Source: Tubulanus polymorphus (taxonomy: Eukaryota > Animalia > Nemertea). From it: a DNA stretch of 64,000 nt. The notes beneath the pieces are model-generated. The model worked only from the letters and a program-made list of their open reading frames with translations, ran no database searches and was not told where the DNA came from. The position numbers and the translations under genes were made by a program. Below are positions 12,704-25,060 of the stretch, in pieces. How positions within the stretch are numbered: position 1 is the first letter of the stretch; each line of letters begins with the position of its first letter. The stretch lies in NCBI RefSeq assembly GCF_964204645.1, contig NC_134028.1, forward strand, positions 11,145,263 to 11,209,262. Reading direction: 5' to 3'.

Positions 12704-13620
12704 AAATATAGCTGCAAAGCAGCGATAACGGGTTTCTGCCTTGCTGGATGAGGAGCGCCATCTAGGGGTCAGCTGATAACATGGCTATGTTGATCCACAT
12801 GGGCTACTTCGCGAAAAGTTCTAATGTACAAAGGTTAGGGGAAATGACACCGAGAATAACAAAGATACGGTACTTATACCGTGCCCAAGTGGCCGGTAAT
12901 TTGCCGGTTAGCATACTACTGAATTACAATCGAAAAAACTGATGCTAGAATGAGTTTTCGACATTAACGCCCCCTAGTGGTAAGAATAGGAACTAATTAT
13001 GTTAGGAATTCGTTGTATCTTATATCCAGGTACATGTATATCAATTTTCATAGAAATCCCTTTATCTGTTAGTAGATATCAATTGAAATGCATTTCCAGC
13101 AACTTGTAGGTGGCGCTCCTAGAGAACCATATGAGTTACCTACTTAAACCATACATCAATACAAGTGTCTTGTAAAGGGCTACTAACCACACATTCAAAC
13201 AACGATTCTATTGGCAACGGTTAAGAACTTAGGAGCAGAAATCGTTGTTTTCACAGTCCCCTGGTGGCAGTTGTATGAACTAATCATGTAGGTTGGAATA
13301 TTACACACATTTCTATTTTCTATGTACTTATACCAAGTTTTGTGATTGTTATAATAATCAGACCGCATTACATGCGAAAAATGGATGCTGAAATGAGTTT
13401 TCAAGATTTACGCCCCCTAGTGGTTAAAATAGGAACTAATTATGTGAGGGGTTCTTTGTATTTAGTAACCAGGTACATGTGTATCAATTCACACGCTTAG
13501 TCGATATAGATGAAAATGTATTATCCAGCATTTTATAGGTGGCGCTACTGGAGAACCAAATGAGTTACATGGTTACACCATACATCAATACAAGCGTCTT
13601 GTCAAGGGCTACTGATCACT
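12704..13620. repeat. Interspersed repeat with two ~430-440 bp internal units; target of the Polinton A left end
   Basis: CGCCCCCTAGTGGT at 12968/13410 and AGGTGGCGCT at 13107/13537; start AAATATAGCTGCAA also seen at ~50064; second unit cut at 13620. Confidence 0.7.
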
Positions 13621-13806
13621 AGTAATAGGGGAATGTGGCTTTCATACCAAAGGTCGAAAGGTCGAGCTCGTAAAAAATGAAAATAATAATTTCCAGTTGA
13701 ATTAGTCGCGCACACTCCTAAATCAACTGGAAATTATTGTTATTTTCATTTTTTAACTCACTAGCCCTTTCAACCTTTGATATGAAAGCCACATTCCCCT
13801 ATTACT
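13621..13806. repeat. Polinton terminal hairpin, copy A
   Basis: First 26 nt AGTAATAGGGGAATGTGGCTTTCATA perfectly complementary to 13781-13806; stem continues to the loop TCGCGCACACTC. Confidence 0.95.
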
Positions 13807-14367
13807 CTTAAAATAATCATATACATGAATAAAATATATATGAATAACATATAAATGTAATTAGAAAATTGGGGTTTCAAGCCAGAGGTCGGAGGTCGAG
13901 CTCACTTATAAATAGATATATAGATATATTTTAAACATATTTCAATATTTATATTTGTATAAGTTAGATTTTTAAACATTAAAAGTGTCAGTAAAGTGTG
14001 ATTGAAATAATTCATATTTAAATCATTGAATAACATATAAATGAATAAAATATAAATGAATAAAATGTATCAAATCAATTTAAAAAAAAATTTAGTATTA
14101 AAATGGAAGCAAATAAGTACTACTGTTCAACATGTAAAATCAATATAGATAAATTTCAAAAAGCAAGACACAATAAAACTAAAACACATTTAGAGAATAA
14201 ATTGAAATTAGAATATGAAGATGATATATTAGAAACTAAATTAGATGAATTAAAGAATGAAAAAGAAACATACAAATGTGATACATGTAATCAATCATTT
14301 AGTGATAAAAGATATTATAATGAACATTTAAAATCTAAAAGTCATATTAGAAATAAGAATAATGATA
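13621..14367. repeat. Left terminal inverted repeat, extending ~88 codons into PolB
   Basis: 14070-14367 nearly identical to the reverse complement of 37967-38265; hairpins homologous. Confidence 0.85.
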
Positions 14368-17300
14368 TTTTAGATGAAGATTATTTTGATAATGATAACG
14401 ATAAGAAACATAAGACAATTAAAAGAATAAGAAATAAATTAAACAATAAAAGGCCATACATGGAAGATGTAAGAAATTATATTAATTCATTAGATAATAA
14501 AAAAGATATAGAAATAACCAAAGCGTTTAAAAGTGATATTGGACCAGCAGCTATTGAGTTTGAATTTCATAAAGGAAAAAAATTAGAAGAAAATAAAAAA
14601 CATTTAGAAAATATGAAAAATATTATAAAAATAATTACAGATGTTGAATATCCTAAAATAAGTATTTCATCAAAAGTAAAATTTATGAAATCTGAAGATA
14701 AACCCATATATAATATAAATTCTCATTCACAACATATTATTTCAAAACAACGTATAGATGATAGATTAGATAAATGTTATAATGAAGTAAAAACTAAAAT
14801 AGAAGAGAAATATTTTGAAGGATCTGGTTTAATATTTGATGAAATAATATTTATGACTTTACATGTTTATAACACAAAATATAATAAGTTAACTAAATCA
14901 AAACCAATAGATGAAAATAATGTCATATTATTAAGAACCAGATATTGAAGCATCGAGTTATATTAAACTACCATTTAAAACTAATGCTGTTATAAATGTA
15001 CAAAATTTTGATGATAAATGTTTTCTATGGACAATTATAAGTTGCTTTCATCAAACAGAAGATATTATACATAGTTTTAGATAAACAATTTGAAAATAAT
15101 TATAAGATAGATAAGTATCCTGTTAGAATTAAAAATATCCCAAAAAAAGAAAGAGATAATAATTTAAGAATAAATGTATTTGATTTAATCAAATTACCAA
15201 AAACAAAAGGCAACAATATAAAACAAAAAGATATCAAAATATTATGATTCAAATGATGTTATAGATATACTATATTATGAAAATCATTATATGTGGATTA
15301 AAAAAATCGATTTATTCTTTAGAACAGAAAGTGATCATCATCGTAAAATTTATCTATGTAGAAAATGTTTACATAAATTCAGTAATGAAAGTACATTATT
15401 AAATCATAAACAATTATGTGAAAATCATGATTATTGTAAATTAGTTTTACCAAATGAAAAAGATAAAATATTAGAATTCAAAAAATATGATTACAAAAAT
15501 AAAATACCATTTGTTATATATGGAGATTTTGAATCATTAAATAAAGAATTAACTGATCAAGAAAGAAAAGAAATATATTATGAAAGAAAGAAATTAAATT
15601 CTAATGAAAACGATTTTTCAGATGAAACACCAAAAACAAATACAATTAAAAAGATTCATCAATCAGCTGCTGCTTTCGGATTATATATTAAATCTGATTA
15701 TCCAGAACTAATTGAAAGTGAATATTATCATTATAGAAATGAAAATGTTATCAATCATTTTTGTGACTTATTAATTGAATATGAAATAAGATTTAGTAAA
15801 TTATTGAATACAAATAAAGAAATAATTATGACAGAAGAAGATAAAGAAGAATTTGTGTTTACAGGTAAATGTTATTATTGTGAAAAGATATTTAATTATA
15901 AAGATAAAAAAGTAAGAGACCATGATCATTTGAACGGAAAGTTTAGAGGCGCTGCGCATGAGAATTGTAATTTGCAAGCCAAAAAAGTAAATTTTGTTCC
16001 AGTTATATTTCATAATCTATCAGGATATGATGCACATTTATTTATCAAACAGTTATGTCATAAAATAGAAGAAATCAATAATGAAATAGAAAGATTAAAT
16101 TCAAATAGATCATAAGATAAAATACCAACTTATAAATTTAAAATGTTAGCTAGAACATCTGAGAATTATATATCATACCAATTTGGGTGTTTAAGATTTA
16201 TAGATTCATATAGATTTTTAAACAGCTCATTAGATAATTTATCAAAAAGTTTAATCGATGATGAATTAAAAATAACAACACTACCCAAATAATGATGATT
16301 TTCAATTAATGAGATATAAAGGAGCAATACCATATAGTTTTTATAAAAATCATAATGATTTTTATATAACTGAATTATTAAAAGAACAATTTTATGATGA
16401 ATTAAAAAATGAATATGTTAAAGATGAAGTCTATAATAGAACATTGAATATTTGGAATCATTTCAAAATGAAAAATCATGGACAATTAGTAGATTTATAT
16501 TTAAAATCAGATGTATTATTATTAACTGATATATTTGAAAGGTTTAGAGATGTAAACCTAAAATATTTTAACATTGATCCTTGTCATTGTTATTCATCAC
16601 CAGGTTTAACATGGGATTGTGGTTTAAAATTTACAGATATAAAAATGGATTTGTTAACAAGTATAGATCAATTATAATTATTTGAAAAATCTATAAGAGG
16701 AGGAGTTTCAGGTGTATTAGGCGATAGATATTTCAATGTAAATGATAACCCTGGATATACATTATTATATATAGATGCAAAATAATTTGTATGGTTGGGC
16801 AATGATGGAACCTCAACCTTATGGAGTATTTGAAATAAGTGAAGTTTTACAACATGAAAATAATGATAAATTTGATTGGAAGAAAAGAATTCTAGATATT
16901 GCAGATGATTCAGATACTGGTTACTTCTTTGTTGTAGACTTAGAATATCCTGAACATATTACATTTAAATCTAGAAATCTAGCATACTGTCCCGAACATA
17001 AAACTGTAACTCATGAAGAATTATCAAATTATCAAAAAAGAATTAAACCCGAAAATCATATTCATACAGAAAAGTTAATGGTAACTCAGGAAGATAAATA
17101 TAATTATGTAGTACATTATAGAATGTTAAAGTTTTATTTGAATCAAGGAATGATCTTTAAAAAAGTACATAGATATATTTCATTTAGTCAATCTAAATGG
17201 TTAGAAAAATATATAGATTTTAACACCAAACAGAGAACTGAAGCTAAAACTGATTTTGAGAAAGATTTCTTCAAGTTAATGAACAATGCATTCTATGGTA

Positions 17301-18088
17301 AGACTTGTGAAAATATTAGAAATAGAAATGATATTGAGTTAGTAAGTAATGGCAAAAGGATAAGGCATTTACAAACATATCCTAAATTTATAGGTAACAG
17401 AATATTTGATGAAAATTTAGCTGCGGTTAAGATGAGAAGAACTTCTATGAAATTTAATAAACCAATCTATGTTGGTGCTTCAGTTTTAGAAATATCAAAG
17501 CTATTGATGTATGAATTCTATTATAATGTATTACAACCTCATTTCGGAGAAAAACATATAGAAATCTTATATTTTGATACTGACAGTAACATATTAAAGA
17601 TAAAAACTAATAACATAACTGATGATTTAAAAACATTAAAACATCATTTTGATTCTAGTAACTATCCTAAAGATCATGAATTGTTTAGCAATGATAATAA
17701 AAAGCGACCCGGGAAGTTTAAGGATGAATTAGGCGGTGAAGAAATGATTGAATTCATTGGTATTAGATCTAAAATGTATTCATATAAAACTAAAGAACAT
17801 GAAGCTAAAAAGTTAAAAGGAATTACTAAAAGTGTAGTAGAAAAGAATATTCATTTCAAAGATTATATCAATTGTATATTCAATGAAGAAGTTAGAAAAC
17901 ATAAGATGAAATGTTTAAGATCTGAAGATCACGAGATGTTTATTGAAGAAATTGAAAAGGTTAGTTTGAATACATTTGATGATAAACGATATATTTTAGA
18001 TGATGATATTCATACAGTCGCGTATGGTTGCAATTTCGTATACAAAGGTAAGAATGAAAAAGGCCACCATGAAATAGATTTCGAATAA
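14103..18088 (+). pseudogene. polB: Protein-primed family B DNA polymerase (pPolB), frameshifted
   Basis: N-terminal C2H2 fingers; INVQN.DDKCFLW...ENHY (vOTU-like); ExoI YGDFES; EndoVII/HNH DHDHLNGKFRGAAHENCN; ExoII HNLSGYD; ExoIII YLKSDV; motifs YID(A)NNLYGWAM, KLMNNAFYGK, YFDTDS, KMY, KGI; split over at least 4 ORFs. Confidence 0.95.
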
Positions 18089-18102
18089 AATATGTAAAAT
18101 AA

Positions 18103-18862
18103 ATGGTAGAATTAAAAGAATATAGAATACATGTTGATTCTAGAAAACTTACAAATTATAAATCTCATAATTTACTAGTACAATTAGAAAGAGAATTTAA
18201 GAATTATGTTGATTTAAAATTAGTTAATATAAGTTTATGTAACTCATTTTACAATATATCGGATAAAACTATTGATCATAGACTGTTTATGATTCATGTT
18301 AGAAATATAAATAAATGGTTTCATCTATTTTCAAAACCAGGATTATATAATTTAGAAACATTAGCTCAAGAAATTAACAGAAGAGCACGATTAAAACTTA
18401 GAAGTGAAGATAAATTTTCAATTAGATTTATAAAAAGGTGATAGTTCTGATAATATTAAAATAAAGTTAGAAGATGAAACAAAACACGCATTTTTAGTAA
18501 AAAAACCAATAGCTAAAATGTTAGGAATTAAACCAGATACTGTTACAGGAAACGTAGACGGTAATTCAAATATAATACCTTACGCGTATTTTTATATTTA
18601 TTGCAATTTAATTGATGCTACAAAAAATTTCGAAGCAACTAAAGATATAACTTGTAATTCTAGTATATAAAATATTATACCATTACAAAATGTTAAAGAA
18701 TTTGGAACACAAATTAATTATAATTTAGCTGAATGTGATTGTAAACCTTGTATTTCACGATTTAACAATTTTAAATTAGAAATAAGAAATCATAATGGTT
18801 ATTTAATTGATTTGAATAACTTTCCTATAATTTATGAATTAATTATAAGATGTAAAGAGTAA
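18103..18862 (+). pseudogene. Minor capsid protein (penton, single jelly-roll)
   Basis: SFYNIS..PGLY..FYIYCNLID..EIRNHNGYLIDLNNFP pattern; frameshift near 18440. Confidence 0.75.
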
Positions 18863-18878
18863 TTTTTTCACTATATAA

Positions 18879-19190
18879 ATGAATATAACTGTTGGATCGA
18901 GTATATGTTTTGGATTTGGTTTTAAACATGAGAAAGAAATGAAATTCAACATTAATGATGTAATAACACATATTAAAAATATTGCATTTTGTAACGAAAC
19001 AACATTTGAGTATGAAAAAACGATAGATAAAGAAACTTTTAATGTAGAAAAGATTACCGAGTCTTGAAGATTTTATGAATTAGGTGAAGATTTTATAATT
19101 GATGATATTAAAAGAATAATAAATGAAATATATGAAAATGAACCTAATAATACTATAAATGTTGAAATAATCATAAATAAGACAACTAAA
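18879..19190 (+). pseudogene. Polinton small acidic protein
   Basis: Homolog at 28734-29058; internal deletion gives a premature stop. Confidence 0.65.
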
Positions 19191-19223
19191 TATTTTGAAG
19201 ATAGTAATATTTTTGATAAATAA

Positions 19224-19442
19224 ATGAGTGATAAGTGGATAATAACTGGTTTATATAATGGAGCATTACTATCAGTTGGAACTGTTGGTTATTCAATGGT
19301 ATTAAGAAAAGTTTTTAAAATGGGAAGTGTTAATGTTGATAGATTTGATATAAATGATATCTTAAAATCAACATTAGCAGTTACTTTATCTAATTTAACT
19401 ATTGATTATTTGGAAAAACAAAAATATATTCCTCCCATATAA
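19224..19442 (+). CDS. Polinton small hydrophobic protein (72 aa)
   Basis: Intact in two copies (also 29091-29312); TAAATG start. Confidence 0.8.
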   Translation: MSDKWIITGLYNGALLSVGTVGYSMVLRKVFKMGSVNVDRFDINDILKSTLAVTLSNLTIDYLEKQKYIPPI

Positions 19443-19466
19443 ATGCATAATTTTTTTGCTAAATAA

Positions 19467-19879
19467 ATGGCTTCTGCAATTATAACTATTATAGGATCGG
19501 CAATTGTTAACGCTTTAGCATTTACTGGCGGTGGTTATTTAAGCATATTGAAAATAGTTCATAAGGAGAACAAAGAAGACATAACTTAGCATTAGAAAAA
19601 TACAATAAAGCAGCCGAAGAATACAGAGAAAAGAGGCAAAACTATGTGGATTATATTAACAAGGAATATGATCAGAAGATTTCACATAGAGATTTTCAAT
19701 CAGTTGATGATGCAATGAGTTTATATAACGCAGTAACCAATAAAGAAAAATTACATCTACATAAACCTAAATTATCAGATTATTATACCCCAAGTAATGA
19801 ACAACAGAAATATGAAATAATATGGATTTTAGGAGGAACTGTTATTGTTATATTTGTAGCATATCAATTTACTAATTAG
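19467..19879 (+). pseudogene. Polinton membrane protein (N- and C-terminal hydrophobic segments, coiled coil)
   Basis: MASAIITIIGSAIVNALAFTGG start as at 29337; frameshift near 19540. Confidence 0.75.
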
Positions 19880-19898
19880 TAATTTTTTTGCTAAATAA

Positions 19899-20334
19899 AT
19901 GGAAGATAAAGTTGATAATATTGATATTATTACTCATGATATAAATAAAACTAAATTAAAAATATATTTAGAAAAACAAATATTAGAATTTGAAAGTGAC
20001 TTAAAAGTTAAAAAGAAAAAAATTTTTAAAAAGTAAAATTATATATTATTTTATTATTAGTGGTTCAGTTACAATTGGTTCTGTAATAACATGTTTAGCA
20101 ATATTCAGTCCATTAACACCTTTAGCTATATCAATTGGTGTATTAGGATTAAGTTCAAGTGTTTTAACTGGTATAAGTTCATAATTAAATATAAAAAGTA
20201 ATAAAGAAAAAATTAAAACTAATATAAAAGAAATTAATAAATTAAAGAATACACTAGATTATATAATAAGTTTAAATGGCCATATATCAGTTGAAGAACA
20301 AGATAAATTATTAAAAGAATTAATAAATTATTAA
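19899..20334 (+). pseudogene. Polinton two-TM coiled-coil protein
   Basis: TAAATG start, hydrophobic core, homolog at 29773-30197; premature stops. Confidence 0.65.
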
Positions 20335-20350
20335 TTTTTTAATTATATAA

Positions 20351-21654
20351 ATGGGGTTTCCAAAAGCTTTCCAATATAATAAATCAATTAAATATAATAT
20401 TCCTGCAATAAATTTTTAAAAAAATATTACATATAAAAATTTATTTTTAAATTCATTAACTAGTTTAGAAATTTATTGTACTGAATCACAGTTTTTTATT
20501 TCTAAAATGGAAAATATATTTAATACATATGAAGTTACTTTTACTCGAGATGAATATCATATATATATAAAGTAAAATCTTATATGAAATATTGGCAGAA
20601 CCAATTAAATTTTGCAGTTTATTGTGCAACAACTGGTTGTGGTATAAGTTGGAATGATCATTTAAATAACTTAGATAAAAATTTGAATTATTCTGATTTA
20701 AAATTAATTCACACAATATTTAGATTTCATACATATTTTCAAATCAGAATAATATTAAATGAATTAGAATGTCCTTTACCCGGATCTAAATATTTTAAAG
20801 AATTGGATAATAATATTAAGCTATCTAAGTTTTATAAGATATGTAATGAATTTAATATAAATATTAATTCTGATTTTAGAGCGCATGGTAAATTGCAAGG
20901 TATTAATGAAGAGTATGAAATTAAAAGAATTGATTATATGCATAGAATTTCAGCTTATCATAATTATAAAATTGATAATAATAATGGTTGGATAAATTTT
21001 ATTTTAGAAAATAGTGAAGGTTTTACTAACTCAGGTATACAAAGAATAAATCAATCAATTAGAACTTATTTGATATATATTCTAGGTGCACTAGTTGAAA
21101 CAAGATCCCCAACAATTGGAAATTTAAATACATCATTTGATACACAGAAACAATTCAAAGTATTATTTGAAGATTCAATTCATAATGATAAAAATAGATC
21201 GATTCCAGAAAACATTGTAAGATATCAAAATTATCTAGATAAATCACATATTAGATTAAATTATTGTGTAGGCCCTAATCTATTCATTATTTCTAATGAT
21301 TTAGTATTAAAGATGGGAAATATAATTGGTTATAATAATTTAATTAAAACTGCAACAATAAATAATTCATTTGGAGTAAATGATATAAATAAAAAGATTA
21401 TTGCTGCTCCAAAATTAATTGAAGGTGAAAAAAATAAAAAACATATTCAATTAACAGAAACTAAAACTAAGAATATTAAATTGGTTAATGATTCTAAAAT
21501 AAAAGATTACAATACATCAGAAAATATTAAAACTGATAATATTCAACATGATATAATTAAAACTGATAATGATAATAAATCCCATGAAAATGCTAAATTA
21601 GCTTTAACTTGTATAGGAATTGTAATCGGAGGAATATTATATTTTACATTTTAA
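20351..21654 (+). pseudogene. Conserved Polinton protein (YWQNQLNFAVYCATTGCG) with C-terminal TM anchor
   Basis: ORF 20584-21654 plus a disrupted 5' part; homolog at 30214-31534. Confidence 0.75.
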
Positions 21655-21670
21655 TTTTTTTATTATGTAA

Positions 21671-23084
21671 ATGGATGTAGATGGTGTTGAAGATTATGAA
21701 ATGGGAGAAATGGGAATAATTAATGAAGGATATATTGATGATGATTATAATGATGCAGAAACTAATATTGATAATGATGATGAATCAGCATACAATTCTA
21801 ATTTAGCAGATAGTGGTTCTAAAGGCCAATCAACAGATGAATTTGATAGAAGAACTAGATTGAGAATAAATACTGAAAATGAAAATCCAGATTTAGTAAG
21901 ACAGAATTTAGAATATAATGAATATATTTATAATTTCAAACCTATATTTGAAAAATCTGGATATAATATAAATGCCAGAGGCGCCAGACTTTTAGTACAA
22001 GAATTAAAATCTTTAGATGGTGAATATTATTATCATTTGAAAGATGATTATTATATTGATATCTCTTATAAAAAACAAAACAAAATATTAGCGGAATTAA
22101 CTTTGCTTAAGTTAGACCCATCTAGAATTAAAAGAATAAGAAATAGTAATGAACCAGAAGATGTAACACAAGAAGAAATTATTAAAAATGAAAGAGTATG
22201 TAAACAAAGAATTAATGACTTATTTGAAACAATCGATAATAATTTAGAAACAGAAACAAAACAGAGGAGTTCAAACTGAAAAACTTTTACCAAATGGATT
22301 ACTTGATGCAACAAAACAAGAATTAGAAGATTTAAATATATTTTCTGATAAAGCAATTAGAGAAATTATTAGTATACAAAATAAAGCTGATAAATTTGCG
22401 CATGATAAAAGTATAAGAGATTTTAAAATTAGAATTTTAGAAGATGAATTATTTAAATCAAGAAAAGAATCAGAACAACTAAAATTAGATAGAGATAATA
22501 AAGTTATTGAAGAAATTGAATTTGAAAAAAGAAATGCATATTTAGAAAAAGAAATTGATAATTTAGAATATAACATAGAATTTCAGAAAGAAGAAATGAA
22601 ATTATTATTAAAAACATATGATTATTGTATTAATAGATTAAAAGTTGTTGTTAAAGATTTAATAATAAAACCAAATTCTGAAATATCACTAAAAGATAGA
22701 ATAAAATTATTATTTAAATTTGAAGGAATAACAATTCTTTCAATTCTAACAGCTGTAACTATGTTATTCACAACAATAGGTTTAGCTATATCAAATTCAC
22801 TGAAATCTACTCCTACTCCCAATAAACCGGATAAACCCCCGAATGATAATAATTCTATACAAGATAAAGTTAAAGATGGTTTAAAGAAATTAGCAAAATA
22901 TTTATGGGAACTATTTAAAAAATCTGCTGCAGCATTACCTGGAGTTATTGCATCAATTGTTGGTTTTATATTGAAATCTGCTGGGAATATTCTTAACTTT
23001 GCTGCTGAACATATTATTTTATTTTTAATTACAGTTGTAAGTGCAATTATTTTTGGGTTAGTGAATATGATAAAAAATAAATAA
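21671..23084 (+). pseudogene. Polinton acidic-N-terminus / coiled-coil / C-terminal TM protein
   Basis: ORFs 21671-22279 and 22596-23084 joined across a deletion/frameshift near 22265; homologs in copies B and C. Confidence 0.75.
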
Positions 23085-23104
23085 TTAATTTTTTTGTTAA
23101 ATAA

Positions 23105-24358
23105 ATGAGTGGGAGTTATATAAGTCCTTCTAAGAATTCTAGAATATCTAATGCTATTAAAGCAGAAAGAGCACATCATATAATTACTCATAATCCTTCT
23201 AATATAAATCCCGATGAAACTTTATATGTTAGAATTCCTCGATAAACACAAAATACTTTTTATGTTCCAAATAGTATTTATTTATCAGCCGATATAAAAG
23301 TAACTGGTAATAATAATAATTATGTTGTTGATAATGTTGGGAGATATTTGATTAAAAAATTAGCTGTAAAGATTGGGCCAGAAACAGTTTTCTCATTAGA
23401 TAATTATAATTTATTTATGCATCATAAAGATTTATGGTTAACAAAAGAAAATAGAAATAATATGATATTTCAAGGCATCCAATCAGAAAACCAAAATAAA
23501 TTACTATCAGGAGCTAATGACGCAATAGTAACTAATGCTACAGATATAATAATTTGATAAAAAAGATTTATGGAAGCAAATATAAAATTCCATTAGACTT
23601 TGAATTGATAAATACTAATGCGCCTTTATATAAATTCTTAATTCAAGAACAGATTATATTCGAAATAACATTTGCTCCTGTAAATGAAATTGTATTATCT
23701 AGCGTTGTTAAAGATATGGGTTATGAATTATCGAATATATGTTTAGAATATAATACAGTAACTGATGAAAATATTGCTAGCATAATTCAAACTCAATACA
23801 ACCAAGGATTTTCATTATTATATGATTATATTGAAAAATTTAAAACTGTAACTATTAATGCAAGTGATGAAATAATTAGAGTGAATATTAACATCCCAAG
23901 AAGATCTATTAAAGGTATATTAATATTTCTTACCATTGCAACATATTCTAATGGCGCAATAAATGTTGATAATTATTATAATCCTGAAATAACAAAAGTA
24001 GAAATAACTACCGAAGGAATAGCAAATAAAATATTTTGTCAAGGAATGAGAATGATACATACAATATCCAGAAATTAGAAAACATTTTATGAATGAAAAA
24101 GTAAAATCATCTGAAAATTGTAATATTAATCAAATTGATTATTATACAGGTAATAAATATGCATTATGGTTAGATTTTAGAACAACAGAGGATAATTCAT
24201 TACATGGTTCTGGGAAAAAACTACAGAACACTAAAGATGGAATACAATTATTCATGAAAAAGAAAAAAGGAGGCGAAAATTTCAAAATGCGCATTTATAT
24301 TATATCCGACGCGCAATTAAATATTGTAAATTCACAATTAGATAGTATTATGTTTTAA
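23105..24358 (+). pseudogene. Major capsid protein (double jelly-roll), frameshifted
   Basis: ~415 codons, beta-rich; NPSNINPDETLYVRIP, YELSNICLEY, YYNPEITKVEIT, KYALWLDFRT..LHGSG motifs as in invertebrate polintovirus MCPs; fold is inferred, not computed. Confidence 0.75.
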
Positions 24359-24407
24359 GTGTTATGAAATATTAAAATTTTAACTTTAATAAAAAATCTT
24401 ATATTAA

Positions 24408-25060
24408 ATGGAAGGTGGAATATATGAAATACAAACTCCAAGTGAAATTATATCAGATATATATATATTATATATTACCATATGAATACAGTAATTATTT
24501 TGGAGAATACTTTAATCAATTCAAATATAGAATAAGTAAAATAGATAATAATATTGAAACAAAAATGGAAGATAATATTGAATTAAAATAGATAATAATA
24601 TTGAAACAAAAATAGAAGATAATATTGAATCTAAAATAGAAGATAATGTTATACCTTCTACATCGAATGATGATAAGATTAAACCTGATATCAAAACCAA
24701 AAAGATAAATGAAAAATATTGTGACGTATGTAAACAGTATAAAAGTTATAAGAATTGGGCAACTCATCTTAATCCACTCAAGCATAAGAAAAATAAGAAT
24801 AAGACTATAAATGAATTTGATAATGATAATGTTAAAGAAGATAAATATTGTGAAGAATGTGATAAATATATAAGTCGTAGTAATTTTTCAAAGCATAAAT
24901 TAACTCAAATACATTTGGATAATATAGAAAGAAATATATGTGAAAAGTGTAATGTTGTTGTATTACCTAAAGATAGAATTAAACATGATAATTCTATTGA
25001 ACATACAATAAAAGCTATTGATTCAAAACACCTTTATAGAGTAACAACTGTATTTTTGGT
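24408..25060 (+). pseudogene. Polinton multi-C2H2 zinc-finger protein with KIEDNIE repeats, truncated
   Basis: CDVC..H..H, CEEC..H..H and CEKC..H..H fingers; homolog at 187-609. Confidence 0.7.

Larger units (their letters stand above)
13621..25060 (+). mobile_element. Maverick/Polinton copy A: left end through PolB, virion module and ZnF gene
   Basis: AGT terminus, abrupt shift to very low GC, pPolB, penton, MCP; right part replaced by host-like DNA from ~25060. Confidence 0.93.

Noticed and set aside
22622-23191. 189-aa minus-strand ORF, and similar ones at 22066, 22271, 3054 and 4371
   Set aside because: Antisense shadows of real Polinton genes
14103-24358. Programmed frameshifting or an alternative genetic code explaining the split ORFs
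   Set aside because: Disruptions fall at different positions in copies A, B and C, as expected for decay or sequencing error
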